DNA of 61,575 nt, the filler included, from Asterionella formosa (taxonomy: Eukaryota), in NCBI GenBank assembly GCA_002256025.1. It is 22 parts of 22 records of this genome, joined end to end, with 100 filler letters (N's around TTAATTAATTAA, not from the genome) between each part and the next. Parts side by side here need not be neighbours in the genome. Positions count along the whole stretch, not along the records: positions 44,891 to 47,590 come from NKIB01014935.1; positions 47,691 to 50,390 come from NKIB01014936.1; positions 50,491 to 53,188 come from NKIB01014937.1; positions 53,289 to 55,985 come from NKIB01014938.1; positions 56,086 to 58,779 come from NKIB01014939.1; 17 more parts are not named here. One strand, written 5' to 3'. Below the pieces are notes generated by a model that did not search any database, was not told the DNA's origin, and saw only the letters and a list, made by a program, of their open reading frames with translations. Each line of letters opens with the position of its first letter. Within the stretch, counting starts at the first letter, position 1. This document shows, piece by piece, positions 45,222 to 58,779 of this stretch. The position numbers were made by a program, and so were the translations under genes.

Positions 45222-47364
45222 TTTTAAGTGGTACCAGTACCAGGTAGGCTTGATGGACCTGTTCCATCGGTTTGATATTTGCGACATGAGGTACTTTTTT
45301 ACGACCAATTAATGGTACAACTCATGTGTACGGGGTGGGTGCCAGGTAGTAAAAGCCGGCATAAAATGGTGGCACCTGTTGGTAAAGCATGACCTGGTTC
45401 CTGGTACCAGGTACTGTGAGATAAAATGTATTTTGTTGCACATATTTGTGATAGTACATGTCAAACATTTTTGTTGTTAAATCCTCGTAGCTGACTTTTT
45501 TGTCAACATGCCCAAGAATCTACATATTAACACATACTCGGAGTGGTTCTTTTCTTTCATGTCTTCTTGGGCCGTAGACTTTTCTTCGGGCAATTGAACC
45601 GCTGCTAAGCACAAGTACGGTACGGTACTGTACAGAGAAATGGAATCCCATAACAAGCTTGGATGATGAGATTGCTTTGGAAGAGAGTTGGTCTGTCCCA
45701 TACAGTGTTGGCTTGCATCCTGAACAATTCACCGAAATTTCCCACTTTTGAGAGGGGGGAACTCTTATTCATGAAGTGTTATAGCATCAACAAATGTGGA
45801 ATTGTTTCTACTGTTGTCTAGCGCATTAGCTGTTTCTTGACTACTAGTGAAAAAGGCATCTTCATTAGCTATCACTTTGGATCAGATTTGAGTTAAACAC
45901 AAGAAATTCACATGTGAATACCATGGTGAGTCAAGCAAGAGGGTCGGCCATCAAAATTTAAGGCCTGAAAGCCAGCTAAATTAGTCGACTATCAGATCAA
46001 ATTGGGAACAAACTAAAAGAATCACTTCTCTCAACAAGAAAGCTTTCACTATTTCAAATGGATTAAAGCCTTATCCCCTATAGGCACATGAAACATTGTG
46101 CTGATTTTTTGCTTCGTTATTTCCTCAGAATGTTGCTCAATATCTCTCCATCATCTCTTGTGTAAAGAGATTCCCTAAAGAATTTCTAATTGTTAGTGAA
46201 TTCACGAGTGGAATTTGTTTGGGGACTCACTTTTCACAAAATAACTGTATTAACATGCCATCATGGTGTTTGGTTGGTGCATGTTGATCAATTCAGAGAG
46301 TATTTGTGGAAAGCACTCATTTGGCGATAACTTATACTTCTATATGACTAGAATTGTTAAGGGAATTCAATAAGTTATTTCCAAACCACTCCTTGGAAAC
46401 ACCAAGCAAGGCAAGAAAAAGGTGCTGGTATTCTGACATTAATATCAAATCAAGGTAAAAAGGAGACAAAGTTTATTCATAGTTTAGTAATGGCTGTATC
46501 AGTTGTTCTCAAGCTTCCTAAATGTCGGAATTGATCAGAATTGGAGGAAAAATACATTCCATTGGAGGAGAAAATGCCCAAATGCGTGAACAAGAAGTCA
46601 AAGCTTATTGACATATGGTCATCAATGGCGCCAACTTTGTCTGCAAATAAAAACTATCATATTTCCATGATGCATCATAGGATTGTGATCATCTGATCAT
46701 AATTTTTTGTTATATCATCTAATAATTTTGATAAATGCCTTTGTAATTTAAATAGTAACCCTTTTGACTACATATATTTAATTATTAGCTAAATGTATTG
46801 TTTCTATTTGATTCCTGTTTTCGAATTTCTTGGTAGGATAATGTACCAATTCAAGTAATGTAATTTTGCTCGTGATTTCCATCCGTCATCACTCCGATTT
46901 TTGCAACAACAACGAAATACTAGCGATGACAAGCGGAATGAATGTTTGCGATAACGTGCGTCTTCAATTTGTTGGTCAATTGATCTTTATATCTTCGAGT
47001 AATCGTCATGTGCAGTGAACCTTTGTTAATAGTCATTCAATTAAGAGTTTACAGGAGAGAAGAAACCATTCGAACTCGTAATGTTTCCGCACACAGCGCA
47101 CAAAGTATATCCGTTTCGTCCACTTCAGCATGACAATCTCGCCAATCAACCTGTCCCGTAAACAAACACATTCTACTTGTTCTCGTTGACATTTTCAATT
47201 CTCACATGATACTACATCTACTATTGAGATTCAGCATAGAAGGAGATACGAAAATGTGCGTAACAGACTACTGTCCACATAGCTAGAGTTATAGAATGAT
47301 TCTGATTAGAATGTATTTCATTTTCATATCGCTCGCTCGTTTCTGCATTTGGTATACTGTACTT

Positions 47365-47590
47365 GAATTAACTATTGAACTTGTCCGCATCTTTGATACC
47401 ATCAAGCAAGAGAGCAAAAGCAAGTGGCTCTTTTCATTGTTGTTTGCTCGTAGGAAGAATTTGATATCTGTATCGTCATTTGCTTGTTGGAATGGTCCGT
47501 TGCCTCAAACTTGCTTGGCGTGTGCGTGCACACACTGTCGACTTGTTTTCAATGGTATGTTGTTCTTGTATTCACTGTTGAACTTGTCCG
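47365..47590. repeat. Diverged tandem repeat (unit about 200-260 bp) continuing in contig 21
   Basis: TTGAACTTGTCCG occurs at about 47374 and 47578; 47502-47590 equals 56086-56175 except for one base. Confidence 0.8.
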
Positions 47591-47690
47591 NNNNNNNNNN
47601 NNNNNNNNNNNNNNNNNNNNNNNNNNNNNNNNNNTTAATTAATTAANNNNNNNNNNNNNNNNNNNNNNNNNNNNNNNNNNNNNNNNNNNN

Positions 47691-50390
47691 ACCACTTCCC
47701 AGTTGTTGCGGACCTACCTGGGCTTACCAGAATCCCAGAGATGGGGATTGCCCCACCACGGCCGGAATCACTGTACCGGCGGATTGTGATGGAGGAGAAG
47801 GAACTCAAAGTAACCGTGGCTAATAGTAACTATTGGCAGCCACTAGCTGACTCGCTGGAAGAGGACCTGGAGGATGTAATCGAGTGGTCACATTCACTTG
47901 AAAACCCCACCAGTTACCACCAGGAAAGGTTGGATGGTATGGCCAAGAAGTTCACTACAACATGTCACCAGGTGGCAGAGGACCTGAACCTCCACCAACG
48001 GGTGGCGGGACTAAACCCACCAAGAGTGACAGGACAGGTACGTCGGGCGATTGAGACCCGAAGGAGGATCTTCCGGGAAACCCGGAGGGCGGAGTCGCGA
48101 GGAGACCGTGAAGATGCAGCACGGCTTGGGGACATGTACAAGGCTGCCAAAGAGAGGGCGCGGAAGGTGATCCGCCTCTCGGGTAGGCGGGCATGGTATA
48201 AGGCAATTAGGGAGGCTCATGTCACTATGCGCGAGAAACCTCGCCATTATTGGCGGTGGGCCTCAGCGACTGCAGGATGGCGCCAGAAGAGCAGCATCGC
48301 AGGTGTCCAACCGGTCCTTGACCCGGATGGACGCCTGCTGACAGCTTTGACTGATATTCATCAGGCCTGGGGAGCGCACTATGCCTCTCTAGCAGCAGAT
48401 GAAACCGGTCATAGCCAGGAGGCCCAATATTGGGAGAAATTTGACCCGCAACCACAGGCAAATGAGGGGATCCGTTCGCTGGACGAACCCTTCACAACCT
48501 CCGATATTTGGACTGCCCTGAGGAAGATGAAGAGCCATCGTGCTCCGGGCGGTGACGGGATACCCACTGAACTGCTACAGGCATGTTTGGCGGAGGAACG
48601 GGCCCTACTTTCCCACCATCAAAACTATCGGGAAGAGGAGCCCACCCCGCCACCATCCACTCCAATGACGGACTCACTAGGAACCCTACTCAACTTTGCG
48701 TATGAGAGGGGACTGGTGGCCCAGTCATGGGCTGAGTCACTGGTCGTCTCAATACCTAAGAAAGGGGACTTGGCTGATATGAACAACTATCGGGGGATTT
48801 CGCTCATGGCCACTGTCCTCAAGGTGGTGTGTGTGATCCTTGGTACCAGGATAAATGTGGAAGCGGAATCTCGAGGGCTGTTTAGCCGAGCTCAGGCTGG
48901 CTTTCGCCAGAGAGAGGAATGTGTAACCCAGGTGGCCTGTGTCATGGAAATCATACAACGCCGGAGGATAGTGGGAGAGCCGACCTACGTGGTATTCGTA
49001 GACCTCAAGAAGGCATACGATACGGTGCCCCACGAGGCGCTCTTTGCGAAACTATCCCGGTTTGGGATTAGGGGACGTTGCCTTGCTTTTCTACGTGCCC
49101 TTTATCGCAGCAGTACAATCAGAGTACGAGTGGGGGGTGGCTTGACTGCCCTTTACTCGGACCCCTGCAGACTGTTGCGAGGTGTGCGGCAGGGCTGCCC
49201 TCTTTCGCCTATACTGTTCAACATCTTCATTGATGACTTGGCAGTGGGGACGGAGGAGAGCGGTGCCCTGGTACCAACTGGGGACAGTCGCACATGGCGG
49301 AACTCCACACCCACACTGACAGTGGGATGTACCCTTTTTGCTGATGATGCGGCCGGAATCTGCCCCTCCCTGGAGGCGGCCAAACGGTTCTGTACGCACG
49401 TTACCAACTGGGTTACAGCTAACGAGATGAGTGTGGGCATAGGGAAGTGCGGGCTGATGGAATTCCTACCGCCAGACCCAGGTTCGGCCACTGAACCGCT
49501 TGTCCCTGGACAAGATGTGGCTGGACTGGAACTGGAGGGACTTCCACTCCCTGTTGTGGACAGATATATGTATCTGGGTGTCCTCATGACACCAGGTCTG
49601 TCTATCTCGTCTATGGTGGACCATAGAGTCAAGCAAGGGCGGGCCACAGTTGCCACCTTGGTACCGTTTCTACGGTGCCCGGTGGTACCAATGGCCATGC
49701 GTTTGCTGACTGTTGCAGGAGTAGTTGCCCCCCGCCTCCTTTTTGGGGCTGAGCTGTATGGTATGAACCGTCACCTTACGGACAAAATGCAGGTTCTTCT
49801 GAACCGATGCCTTAGGGCTAGCATTGGAGCCAGGAGGGCAGGGGGTGTGCCATCAGTAGGCCTTTGGAAGGAGGCACGGATGTTGCCAATGTGTGCCTTG
49901 GCGGGTGCCCGACGGGCCAGAGCTTATGCCAAGGCCTCGGGTCTCAAAACCTGGCTTCAGGAATTGGTCCTAAGACCATTCCGAAGTCAGAAATGGACAT
50001 GGTGCTCGGGGGGTCCGCGCTGGCTGAAACGCTATGCGCTCCCCCATGCACCGGTGTCTATTGTGGAGAGGTACTTGGGTGCTGGATGGCAGAGCCTGGA
50101 ACCAAAGGTACTGGCTGAGGTAGTGAAAGCATGCATTTTGGAGAGAGAGTGTGGGATCCGACGGAACTTGACTCGTCCGTCGGGGGCCCGCACAGTGTGG
50201 TATGAGGGAGCCGGATTTGACAAGCATCCACTCACACGGTCACGTGTGGGGGGCAGTCCCAACGACCAAGCAGGACTGGCTTTGATAGTTCGGTGTCGGA
50301 TTGGGGCATTTGTAACTGTCCCCACCTTGGTGGGGTGGAAGCGAATGCCTCATAGGTATTTGAGGAAGTGTCCATTTTGTGGTATGGATG
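47691..50390 (+). mobile_element. Non-LTR retrotransposon (LINE) ORF2 region, copy 2
   Basis: Same ends as 16862-19567, 6 bp shorter. Confidence 0.95.
47693..50390 (+). CDS. LINE ORF2 protein, partial (APE end, RT, CCHC start), copy 2
   Basis: Uninterrupted frame with the same RT motifs as copy 1. Confidence 0.95.
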
Positions 50391-51099
50391 NNNNNNNNNN
50401 NNNNNNNNNNNNNNNNNNNNNNNNNNNNNNNNNNTTAATTAATTAANNNNNNNNNNNNNNNNNNNNNNNNNNNNNNNNNNNNNNNNNNNNTGTCTGTCCG
50501 CATCATCGGCCTGTTTGCAGCAGTCGTTCCGTTCCGTCTTCGGAAGTTGACATACCGATACCGGTATATTATTTCGCTGCATAATATATAGATGGTAGAG
50601 TACCGGTACCGGTATATATGAAGGGGGGTTGAAAACGTTTCGTACTCCTTCCCATGAGCCGAACGTTTATCTTATATCCTTACGTAGAACTTAACTGTTG
50701 CAGAAGTAGTAGTGTTATCTTCGCTGCTAGCCTTCTTTGCTAGGTTTCGCTTTTTACCTTGCTCTGTCAATTCTCACTGTTTCTCAATAACAAGCTTAAA
50801 ATTAAACCTAGTTTCAATCCCATTCATTTGTACACTTTGAGAACCTGTATAGTGGTAACTACAAAGCAAACCAGCAAGTATGACTAAAATTGTTTCTATA
50901 TTACTTTTTATAGAATGGAGCTAATGTTATTGTTCCAATTCATGTTTAACAAAGGAAGTTTGAACCAACCAGTTTGTGTGCGTCCCTAGTTTTGTTAGCA
51001 TAGGTGAGTCCCAAACCATCTTCCGTGAAAGGTGATTTTTAGTCTTAGCTGCAGTGTTGCTAGTAGGGGAAACTCCGACCGCCTAGGAAGGCGGCACAC

Positions 51100-51267
51100 T
51101 GCTTGTAGGGGGACAACCCACTTTTCCTTGCACACCAGGGAAGACCGCGCGGGACGGTGAGGAGCGTGGGAGTCGAAACCGACAATTGATTCTCAAAAAA
51201 TTGCGGGAATCGAACCACACAACTTCAAATCAAAGGCATTGTGCCCAACCAACTGAGCCATTCCCCT
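51100..51267 (-). mobile_element. tRNA-derived SINE-like element (degenerate tRNA head 51267-51196, second T-arm, GC-rich body)
   Basis: Minus strand: A box TGGCTCAGTTGG, B box GGTTCGATTCC, second B-box-like GGTTTCGACTCC. Acceptor and anticodon stems do not pair well. Body recurs at 59241-59306. 3' boundary uncertain, may extend to about 50960. Confidence 0.65.
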
Positions 51268-52564
51268 CAATGCATGCATGCATGTACCTATTTACTATCT
51301 GAAGATGGGGGGGGGCGCAGCACAGCAGCTCTATGAATGGACCGGACTTTAGTTAACAGTTTGTATGGCATCTTAACTCAACTGCATGTACATACTATAC
51401 TATTGACCAAAAGCCAAGCATCCAGTCACAATGCGATACTTTGTAAATTATCGGAGCTTGCGCTTTGTGAGATGAGGCAGTGACCTACTAAAGTTTGGTT
51501 GCAACTACGGTATGATTCATTGTTGAGTAGAAGGAGTACATATTACTTGGACCTGCTATGAATACGGTATTTTGCTTGTAGTTGCCTGTGGTAGCCCATT
51601 CTACCCCATTTTCTTAAAATGGATGATGCCAGAACCAGGTAACAGTAAAAAACTGTCATGGCCCATTGAGAATCTGTTTGTACTGCTCTTACCCATTGAA
51701 CGCAGAATAGCAAATTTTGCTATCAAAACTTAACGTAAATTTAAATTCTGAAAGCGAGTTCTGGCTCCTTCCTGAGCGTATAGGCTAGTCAGCTATGCAA
51801 TTAGTTTAAGATAAATTTTTCATTTCATTGATAGATTGCCTGAATGGTTGATCGACAAAAAAAAGCATGAAGAAAATGGATCAGGGTAAGTCTAGAAGTC
51901 TCCGCATCATATGGTATGCGATGATCAATATAACATTTCGATACTGATTTGAACCTTAACTTCATTTGCAAAAATCTATATCTTGTTTTGGTATTGACTT
52001 CTATGGAGATGGCAAATTATTTAGGCACATGGCATCATCATGCATATGTGTCATGTATGGTTATGGGTATACCAGGTAGGTAGTACATACCAGGTTCTCA
52101 CAAGGTGTTTAATAACATGCATGACAAGTGCTTTCACACATGACCTAATCCATCCTCAAAAATGTATATACATTTATCTACAAAAAAATATATTCTACCA
52201 TGACTGATTGAAATCACTTATTAGCTGTTTTATAATAATTGTGTCTTCTTATGAAATTGTTCAATGAGAATTTTAACATCAGCTTGATTGATTGATGTTG
52301 CTCTGACACTATCAAACAAATGGGACCACAATTTGGTAGAATTTACCTTTAGTCGGAGGAGTCAAACAATCACCCTAACTCAATGGGGCTGGTACCAGGT
52401 ACCCTCGTGGACAACATATGTGGCACCAGGTACCCAGCGTAATGTACCGGTACTACCGGTACGGTGGTTGAATATCACTTTTATGTAGGAAGACGAAAAT
52501 TAAAGCATGAGAGCGAGGCATGACGATCACTTTCAATTTGACGTTTCCTCACTAAAGTGTGACG

Positions 52565-52590
52565 ACACACACACACACACACACACACAC
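52565..52590. repeat. (AC)13 microsatellite just upstream of SAE1
   Basis: Directly visible. Confidence 0.95.
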
Positions 52591-52622
52591 ATCATTCCAT
52601 CATCGCTCTCTTGGCCATCATC

Positions 52623-53188
52623 ATGCCAGAAGCTGTTGTTCCGTTGCGCGATGAGTCCGACGTCTATGATCGTCAAATTCGTCTCTGGGGAGCCGAAGCG
52701 CAAGTAAGGAGCAAGAACTGCAGTGCCAATGATGGTATAGATACAACGCGTGGCTCACCTTCTCGTTACGTTCTCAGGCCAAGATTTCCAAAGCAAAAGT
52801 GCTCTACATTCATCTAACTGGAGTGTCTTCCGAAATACTCAAAAATCTAGTCTTAGCCGGGGTGCATGCGACACTGTGTGATGAACGCTCCTACCCCGAT
52901 GCCGTTGCTACCACACCTAGCTTCTTCCTCCTCAACCGCCACGACAAGAAAGTAAAGTACGAATCGGTCGCTCATGCCATGAAGGCCGCAGTGGAAGAAC
53001 TCAATCCGCTACTAGGAGAATGCCCGCTGATTCAGAAGAAGGTGCAAGACTTGGACGAGGCGACAATTGCCGAGTTTGACGTTGTCGTTGCTAGTCAGAT
53101 TGGTATAAACGAAGCATCTCGCATCAGCCAGGCAGCGACGAGCCAGGGGGGAAAGTTTTATCTTGTTGATTGTTTTGGATGGTGTGGA
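52623..53188 (+). CDS. SAE1: SUMO-activating enzyme subunit 1 (AOS1/SAE1), 3'-partial; exons 52623-52703 and 52778-53188
   Basis: VYDRQIRLWGAEAQ, GTAAGG...CAG intron, then AKVLYIHLTGVSSEILKNLVLAGV...ELNP...FDVVVAS...FYLVDCFGWCG. Confidence 0.9.
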
Positions 53189-55560
53189 NNNNNNNNNNNN
53201 NNNNNNNNNNNNNNNNNNNNNNNNNNNNNNNNTTAATTAATTAANNNNNNNNNNNNNNNNNNNNNNNNNNNNNNNNNNNNNNNNNNNNGGCATGTAGCCA
53301 CCGAGAAGGGTATTACTGAGGCAATTCACAAACTAGCTATCGTCACTCCATTCGCTTACCTACTGCCCACTCATCGAGTGTAAATGTCAATTTTAGCTCG
53401 CTATAGCCCATCATATAAAATATTTTTCGTATATTTCCTATCTTCACATCGAAATTTGCAATGGGTCCGATATTGCCCATCATTAAAAAATAATTTGGAT
53501 ATTTCCTATCTTCGCATTTTGGCATTACAATTAGTAGCACTTGCCCCTCGGTTATCCAGCCCTGGGATTGCCGAAATCGGCAAGGGGTCTACTGAAGGAA
53601 ACAATTTTATATACTCTCCAGATTTTAATAAGTTTTATATCTAGAATTCACCTCGTTTTTGTTCGTCTCCTGAAAAGTGGACTCCGGCAATTCACCTTTC
53701 ACCATGCCGATTGTCGTCCATCATGACCGGTTTGAAGCGAAATCAGTTCACTGATGATGCCAGTAGTGATTCATTGTCTAACGGATGCGGTTGGTTGTTG
53801 TATGATTGCTTGTCTTTTTGAGGGATTCATGTAGTTGCATCGTCCATATTTCGTTGGACGAACGAGGATGATATTGATACATCTGATGTTGGCGGCAAGT
53901 TTTTGCTCCGGTCATGCATCTGATGATGCTGGATACTCGACCGTTAGTCACCTAGTAGTCTACATATGTACGTGGTACTAAAAACAACCATGCATGGTTT
54001 AACCTAAACTTTAACACTTACTTTGAACATGTTATAATATTATCTCTGTAGACTCGGTATTGTTTTCACGAGACCAGAATGTTAAATTAGATTGTTCACA
54101 TATTGATTGATTTTACGTACTGTATGCCCGATTTCGTCCTCACAATTATAATTCTCACTCTATCCTGCCTGCCGTTGCTCAATTCGGGCTTGCAACAGGA
54201 ACTTTCGACTTTCTCATGAGCCCATCGTCTGCAGTGTGTTACGCTTGTTAGAGCGGATCGGTGAGTACAACAGTGAAACACTGAATGTGATCGTAGATAC
54301 TAATTGTCAAAGTTCCGATTTGATTGCTTCCATGGTCCATTTTGATTGCTTCCATCGTTGTTTGTCGTTCCACCCTGGCTGTCGTTTTGTTTCGATAGTA
54401 TATATCTATATAAGAACCATTGTTTTTCCCGATGACTACTCTTTGACGACATATTGTTTTTGATTGTATTTGTTGATTTGTATAGTCGTTTACCATGATG
54501 TCAATATTGCCGCCAAGCAATGCTTTTCTTGTTCTAACGCACTTTGCTACATTTCTACTACGAGTTCGTATCACAAGCTACATAAATACTCAGCTAGAGA
54601 GAGTCAATAGTGTTGGAGCAGCATGGCGATCACGCTTGCTCAGAATGGAATGATCAGGGTTGCTTGTTTGGTGCTGGGCGGAGGAATGACTGTGGCAGAA
54701 ATACTGCTCTGTTGTCAGGCTACTACAGCAATGCGCATGGTTGCAGCAACCAGACCATTTACACTACATAACTATGCAGTTCTAAATTGGGTTCAGCTTT
54801 TTTCTTCTTCTTTCGGTCTTCGATTGTGTGGTGATGGAAAGTCAATGTTGCCAGTGTAAGTACAGTAGTAGTACAATGATTCACAATGCATACATCTCCA
54901 TTGAAACTCCAATTTTTCAATTCATTTCTAACCTAAAACAATTTTTTCTATTTCTCATTTGATGCAACTTATTACATCTCATTTCATACTTTGGTTGCTC
55001 CAAACATCATGTTCAATTTTCATTCATGTTGCATGTTGTTACAATCACTCTCGTGTGTTTTATGCTTGTTGTACCATCCTATGCATATTACCGTTATTCT
55101 GGCTGTCATGCTAAAAATCGGCAATTTTAATGCCGAAAAATTCGATATTGCCCTTTAATAAAAATTACTTAAGAAATTACTTAGAGCCTAAAAATTACTT
55201 AGAAGTACCCGAATGGCAAGACGATAGCTGGAGCGGGAATTGCCCATTCCTGTATCGAACCTGCGAACACAGTGGTACCAGCAAGTTGCGGTCAGTTTGC
55301 TTAAATAAACAATTTATACGGGATAAAGAGAGCTACATGGTATTGTACATATGAGGTACAGTGTCGTACATTACCAAGGTACCCGTATCTGGTACTAGAA
55401 TACTATGATATGATTGTTGTACATGCAAACGGTACAGATCTAACATGACAGCATTACGAATAAAATTATATGTCATAGTGTTCATCATTGTACATACCGG
55501 CAGCTATTTATATGACAATATTCTTAAATATTTCTTAGCAAATCTTGTTATTCCAAAACC

Positions 55561-55985
55561 ATGTCGAATCAATTGCATGCCAGAAAGAAACCAGTTGGGT
55601 CCGGCAACCTCGGATCTTTCGATGCGACTGAAGATCCGAGTAACAAAGGCAAATTAAAGGGGGCCGCTCAAACCATACCCGCTTCAATTGGAATTCTAGC
55701 TATTGCTCTATTCCTTTTCTATTCGTTGTGGTGGACAAGGGCAGAAGCAACACAAGATAATATTCCATCGGTACCCCGTTTTGGTACTTCCTCTGGACAT
55801 TCGTACGTCACCGTGGTCATGCCCTCCGTGGTTAATCCTTCAGGAAGATCCACCCGTTTGGACACCATCGCTTCGACTTGGGGGCCGTTGTCTCATGCGA
55901 TTTTTGTTTTGCACAATGTTTCTGAATTCCAACAGGCACCGCACTTGGCGCTCAACGTTCAAACATTTCCTCAAACTCTCTTGGT
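55561..55985 (+). CDS. 5' part of GT31/fringe-like glycosyltransferase (allele B of 13530-13954)
   Basis: Two amino-acid differences from allele A (T/I, R/W); contig 53289-55985 is colinear with 11247-13954. Confidence 0.65.
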
Positions 55986-56085
55986 NNNNNNNNNNNNNNN
56001 NNNNNNNNNNNNNNNNNNNNNNNNNNNNNTTAATTAATTAANNNNNNNNNNNNNNNNNNNNNNNNNNNNNNNNNNNNNNNNNNNN

Positions 56086-56400
56086 GCCTCAAACTTGCTT
56101 GGCGTGTGCGTGCACACACTGTCGACTTGTTTTCAATGGTATGTTGTTCTTTGTATTCACTGTTGAACTTGTCCGCATCTTTTTTACCATCAATAGAGCG
56201 ACAAGTGGGTTTATTTATTGTTATTTGCTCCTGGAAAAGTCCTCGGTGTCCGTGTCATCCTCATCAATAGAGAGACAAGTTCTTTCGTTGGAAAAATTGG
56301 TACCCGTGGTATCATCATTCGCTCGTTCGAACCACTGTCCGTTGCCTCAAACCTGATTAGCGTTTGAGTACCGGTACCCGGTATGTGCACTGTCGACTTT
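56086..56400. repeat. Diverged tandem repeat shared with the end of contig 17
   Basis: GCCTCAAAC at 56086 and 56344; CACTGTCGACTT at about 56117 and 56388. Confidence 0.75.
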
Positions 56401-57625
56401 AGTACATTACAGGCGGAGTGACTTCGCTACTAAATTGCGTGATATAATAATATACCCTGTAGCACGATGCAGAATACAGTTGCTTCCCAATCATCTCATC
56501 ATGATTGATAAGATGATACTGTGATATCATGATAGGGTTACATCGATGCATACATCACCAAAGTATGATATGTAATATTGAATAAAGTACATCACATAGC
56601 GATGATACATTGATCATAAAACTATGATGATTTTATGAAATGTATATGATATAATTTTGATCAAAATATGATTATGTTAAAATAATACAATGACAATAAA
56701 GTACGATGTAATATATACGCAAGTGTTACCAAGACATCATAGAAAATAAATGAAGCAATCATATTTATGTTACTTAATATAGAAATTCGCTTTTTAATGT
56801 ATACAGTTAAAGTCAACAGTTAATATTTGGAATTGTCATGCACCGATACAAAATATCTTCCACAAGAATCCCATACACCTGAAGAAAATGCATCATCCCC
56901 AGATGCAGAAAAGAATTGGTTGCTTAATTTGATAGTAAAATTACGATCCATTTCAATCTATTTTGAACAATGCTTGTGATTAGAATTATGATCATGTTTA
57001 CGATAGATTTACGATGAAACAATTCACATTGATAGCATAGATTTGAGCTGATTTTAGGATGCATTGTAGTAATGATTTACATCGGGCAATCACCAGAAGT
57101 GATTATAATATGAGAAGGTTTATGATATTGACGAGAAAAGTTGTTGATCAGTTTATATACATTGTGTGATGATAATGCTCTTATTATCATTATACTTCAA
57201 GGTCGGTAACATATTTATAAATCATCATAGATACAAGATACCTTGATCATATTTTTGATCCAAAAATTATCATGTATACAAAAATCCTGTGCCACTTAGC
57301 GTACGATACCCTTGATCCTAAATGCATGATACTTTTTTTTACAGACGACGTCTCTTCGTTCCAACTCCTCTTATTCAAAACCGTTTGATACGATGGGATA
57401 CAACCTTCCTCGCTGCTTCCCAAGTCCAATGGTACCACCAGAATGCAGCAAAGTATTCTTCCCATTCATGATCCTTGGGACTTCGTCATGTTGTGGCGTT
57501 CTACCCCCTGCTCCATAACCACAGCCACCCTGTCGCGGGCCGTTGCAACGCACAATAATGGGTGATGCACCAAAATTTTCCGGTATAATAGAGGGGGGGG
57601 GGCAGCACTTTGACTTTCACAGTCT

Positions 57626-57744
57626 CTCTACAGAGCTGCGACAGAAAATGATAGGGAAAAACATAGTACCACCATAACTGTACATCGCAGCCTCTACAGA
57701 GCTGCGACAGAAAATGAAAGGGAAAAACATAGTACCACCATAAC
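57626..57744. repeat. 53-bp direct repeat, period 66 bp
   Basis: CTCTACAGAGCTGCGACAGAAAATGA(T/A)AGGGAAAAACATAGTACCACCATAAC occurs twice. Confidence 0.92.
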
Positions 57745-58002
57745 CGTTAAAGGTGCTGATAAAAGACGTAGACGTGCTACCTGGTACCGTTAGTAACTCG
57801 TCAGCCTGGCTAATTATCGCGCCAGTTAAATTCATAAAAGCAATATTATGATAACTACCGGGTAGGTATGCCGTGCATCAACACATCACGAGCATTGATT
57901 GTCTCCAATAGTACTTAGAAGTGCTGTCACTAGTAGCATATCACAATGATTTTGTTGTTTTAACAAACTTCATGATAACTTAACTTTTGCCAAACCACCA
58001 CC

Positions 58003-58779
58003 ATGTGGGCTAATCGACACAGTTCTGCATCGTTGTCTGATACAGACTCCATACCAGACAATCCTGCATCGGATGGATACGACGATTATCAACTTGAGGA
58101 GTATAATGAATTAGAAGAGAGAGTCAAAGAAGATGGGAGGTTGACGGCTGAACAAGAAAGAGATAAACTCCAAATTCTATTGTCTGAGAGTACACAGGAA
58201 ATCAAGCACCTACGTGAATTAGCAGCTGAAAACAACCGTTTAACAATTGGAGTAGTAGGTGGAATTGGTCAGGGCAAACATTGGACAAACCTTCTGGCTA
58301 GCCGGTTCAGAGAGGAATTGTTTCCAAAAGTTAAATTCGTCACAGGTGATTATGATTTGGAAATTAGGGAACCCGACAGCATTGCTGGTGCTGTTCGTTA
58401 TCATTTCTTCCCATCACTCAGAAACGGTACTGACGAAGAGTTTAAATTATTTTGGTTCACATATAAGTGTGACATCAACAAAATTATTTCTGAAAAAAGG
58501 AATGCTGTTTCAACATCAATCAGAAAGGGTTTCAAAAGTAAGTAGTTGGGATGTATGGACCCAGAACTATACAACTGGGGATACTGGTAATGAAATTGCT
58601 GGCAGTGATGGTGGTTCAGGTGTTTTGGTGAAATGCCTCTATACAAACCATGGAGGAGTTGGCAAACGGTATGGAGGGTGGGAAACAAAGGGTTATGCAA
58701 GGTTAAATACAATTTATGATCAAGTCAAGCACCTACGTGAGTCTGCAAACAGCATTGCTTTGGAGTCTATGTTCATGAA
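58003..58779 (+). pseudogene. Hypothetical protein gene, probably internally deleted
   Basis: ATG at 58003 in CCACCACCATG context. 178 codons to a GTAAGT donor at 58538, then a second frame WDVW...LYT...GGWETKGYARLN..V...R with no proper intron 3' end visible. Confidence 0.45.

Noticed and set aside
46610..46640. VGAIDD on the minus strand resembling the Harbinger GAIDG motif
   Set aside because: No supporting transposase motifs nearby.
51196..51267. Functional tRNA gene
   Set aside because: Acceptor, anticodon and T stems pair poorly and the anticodon is ambiguous; treated as a SINE head or pseudogene.
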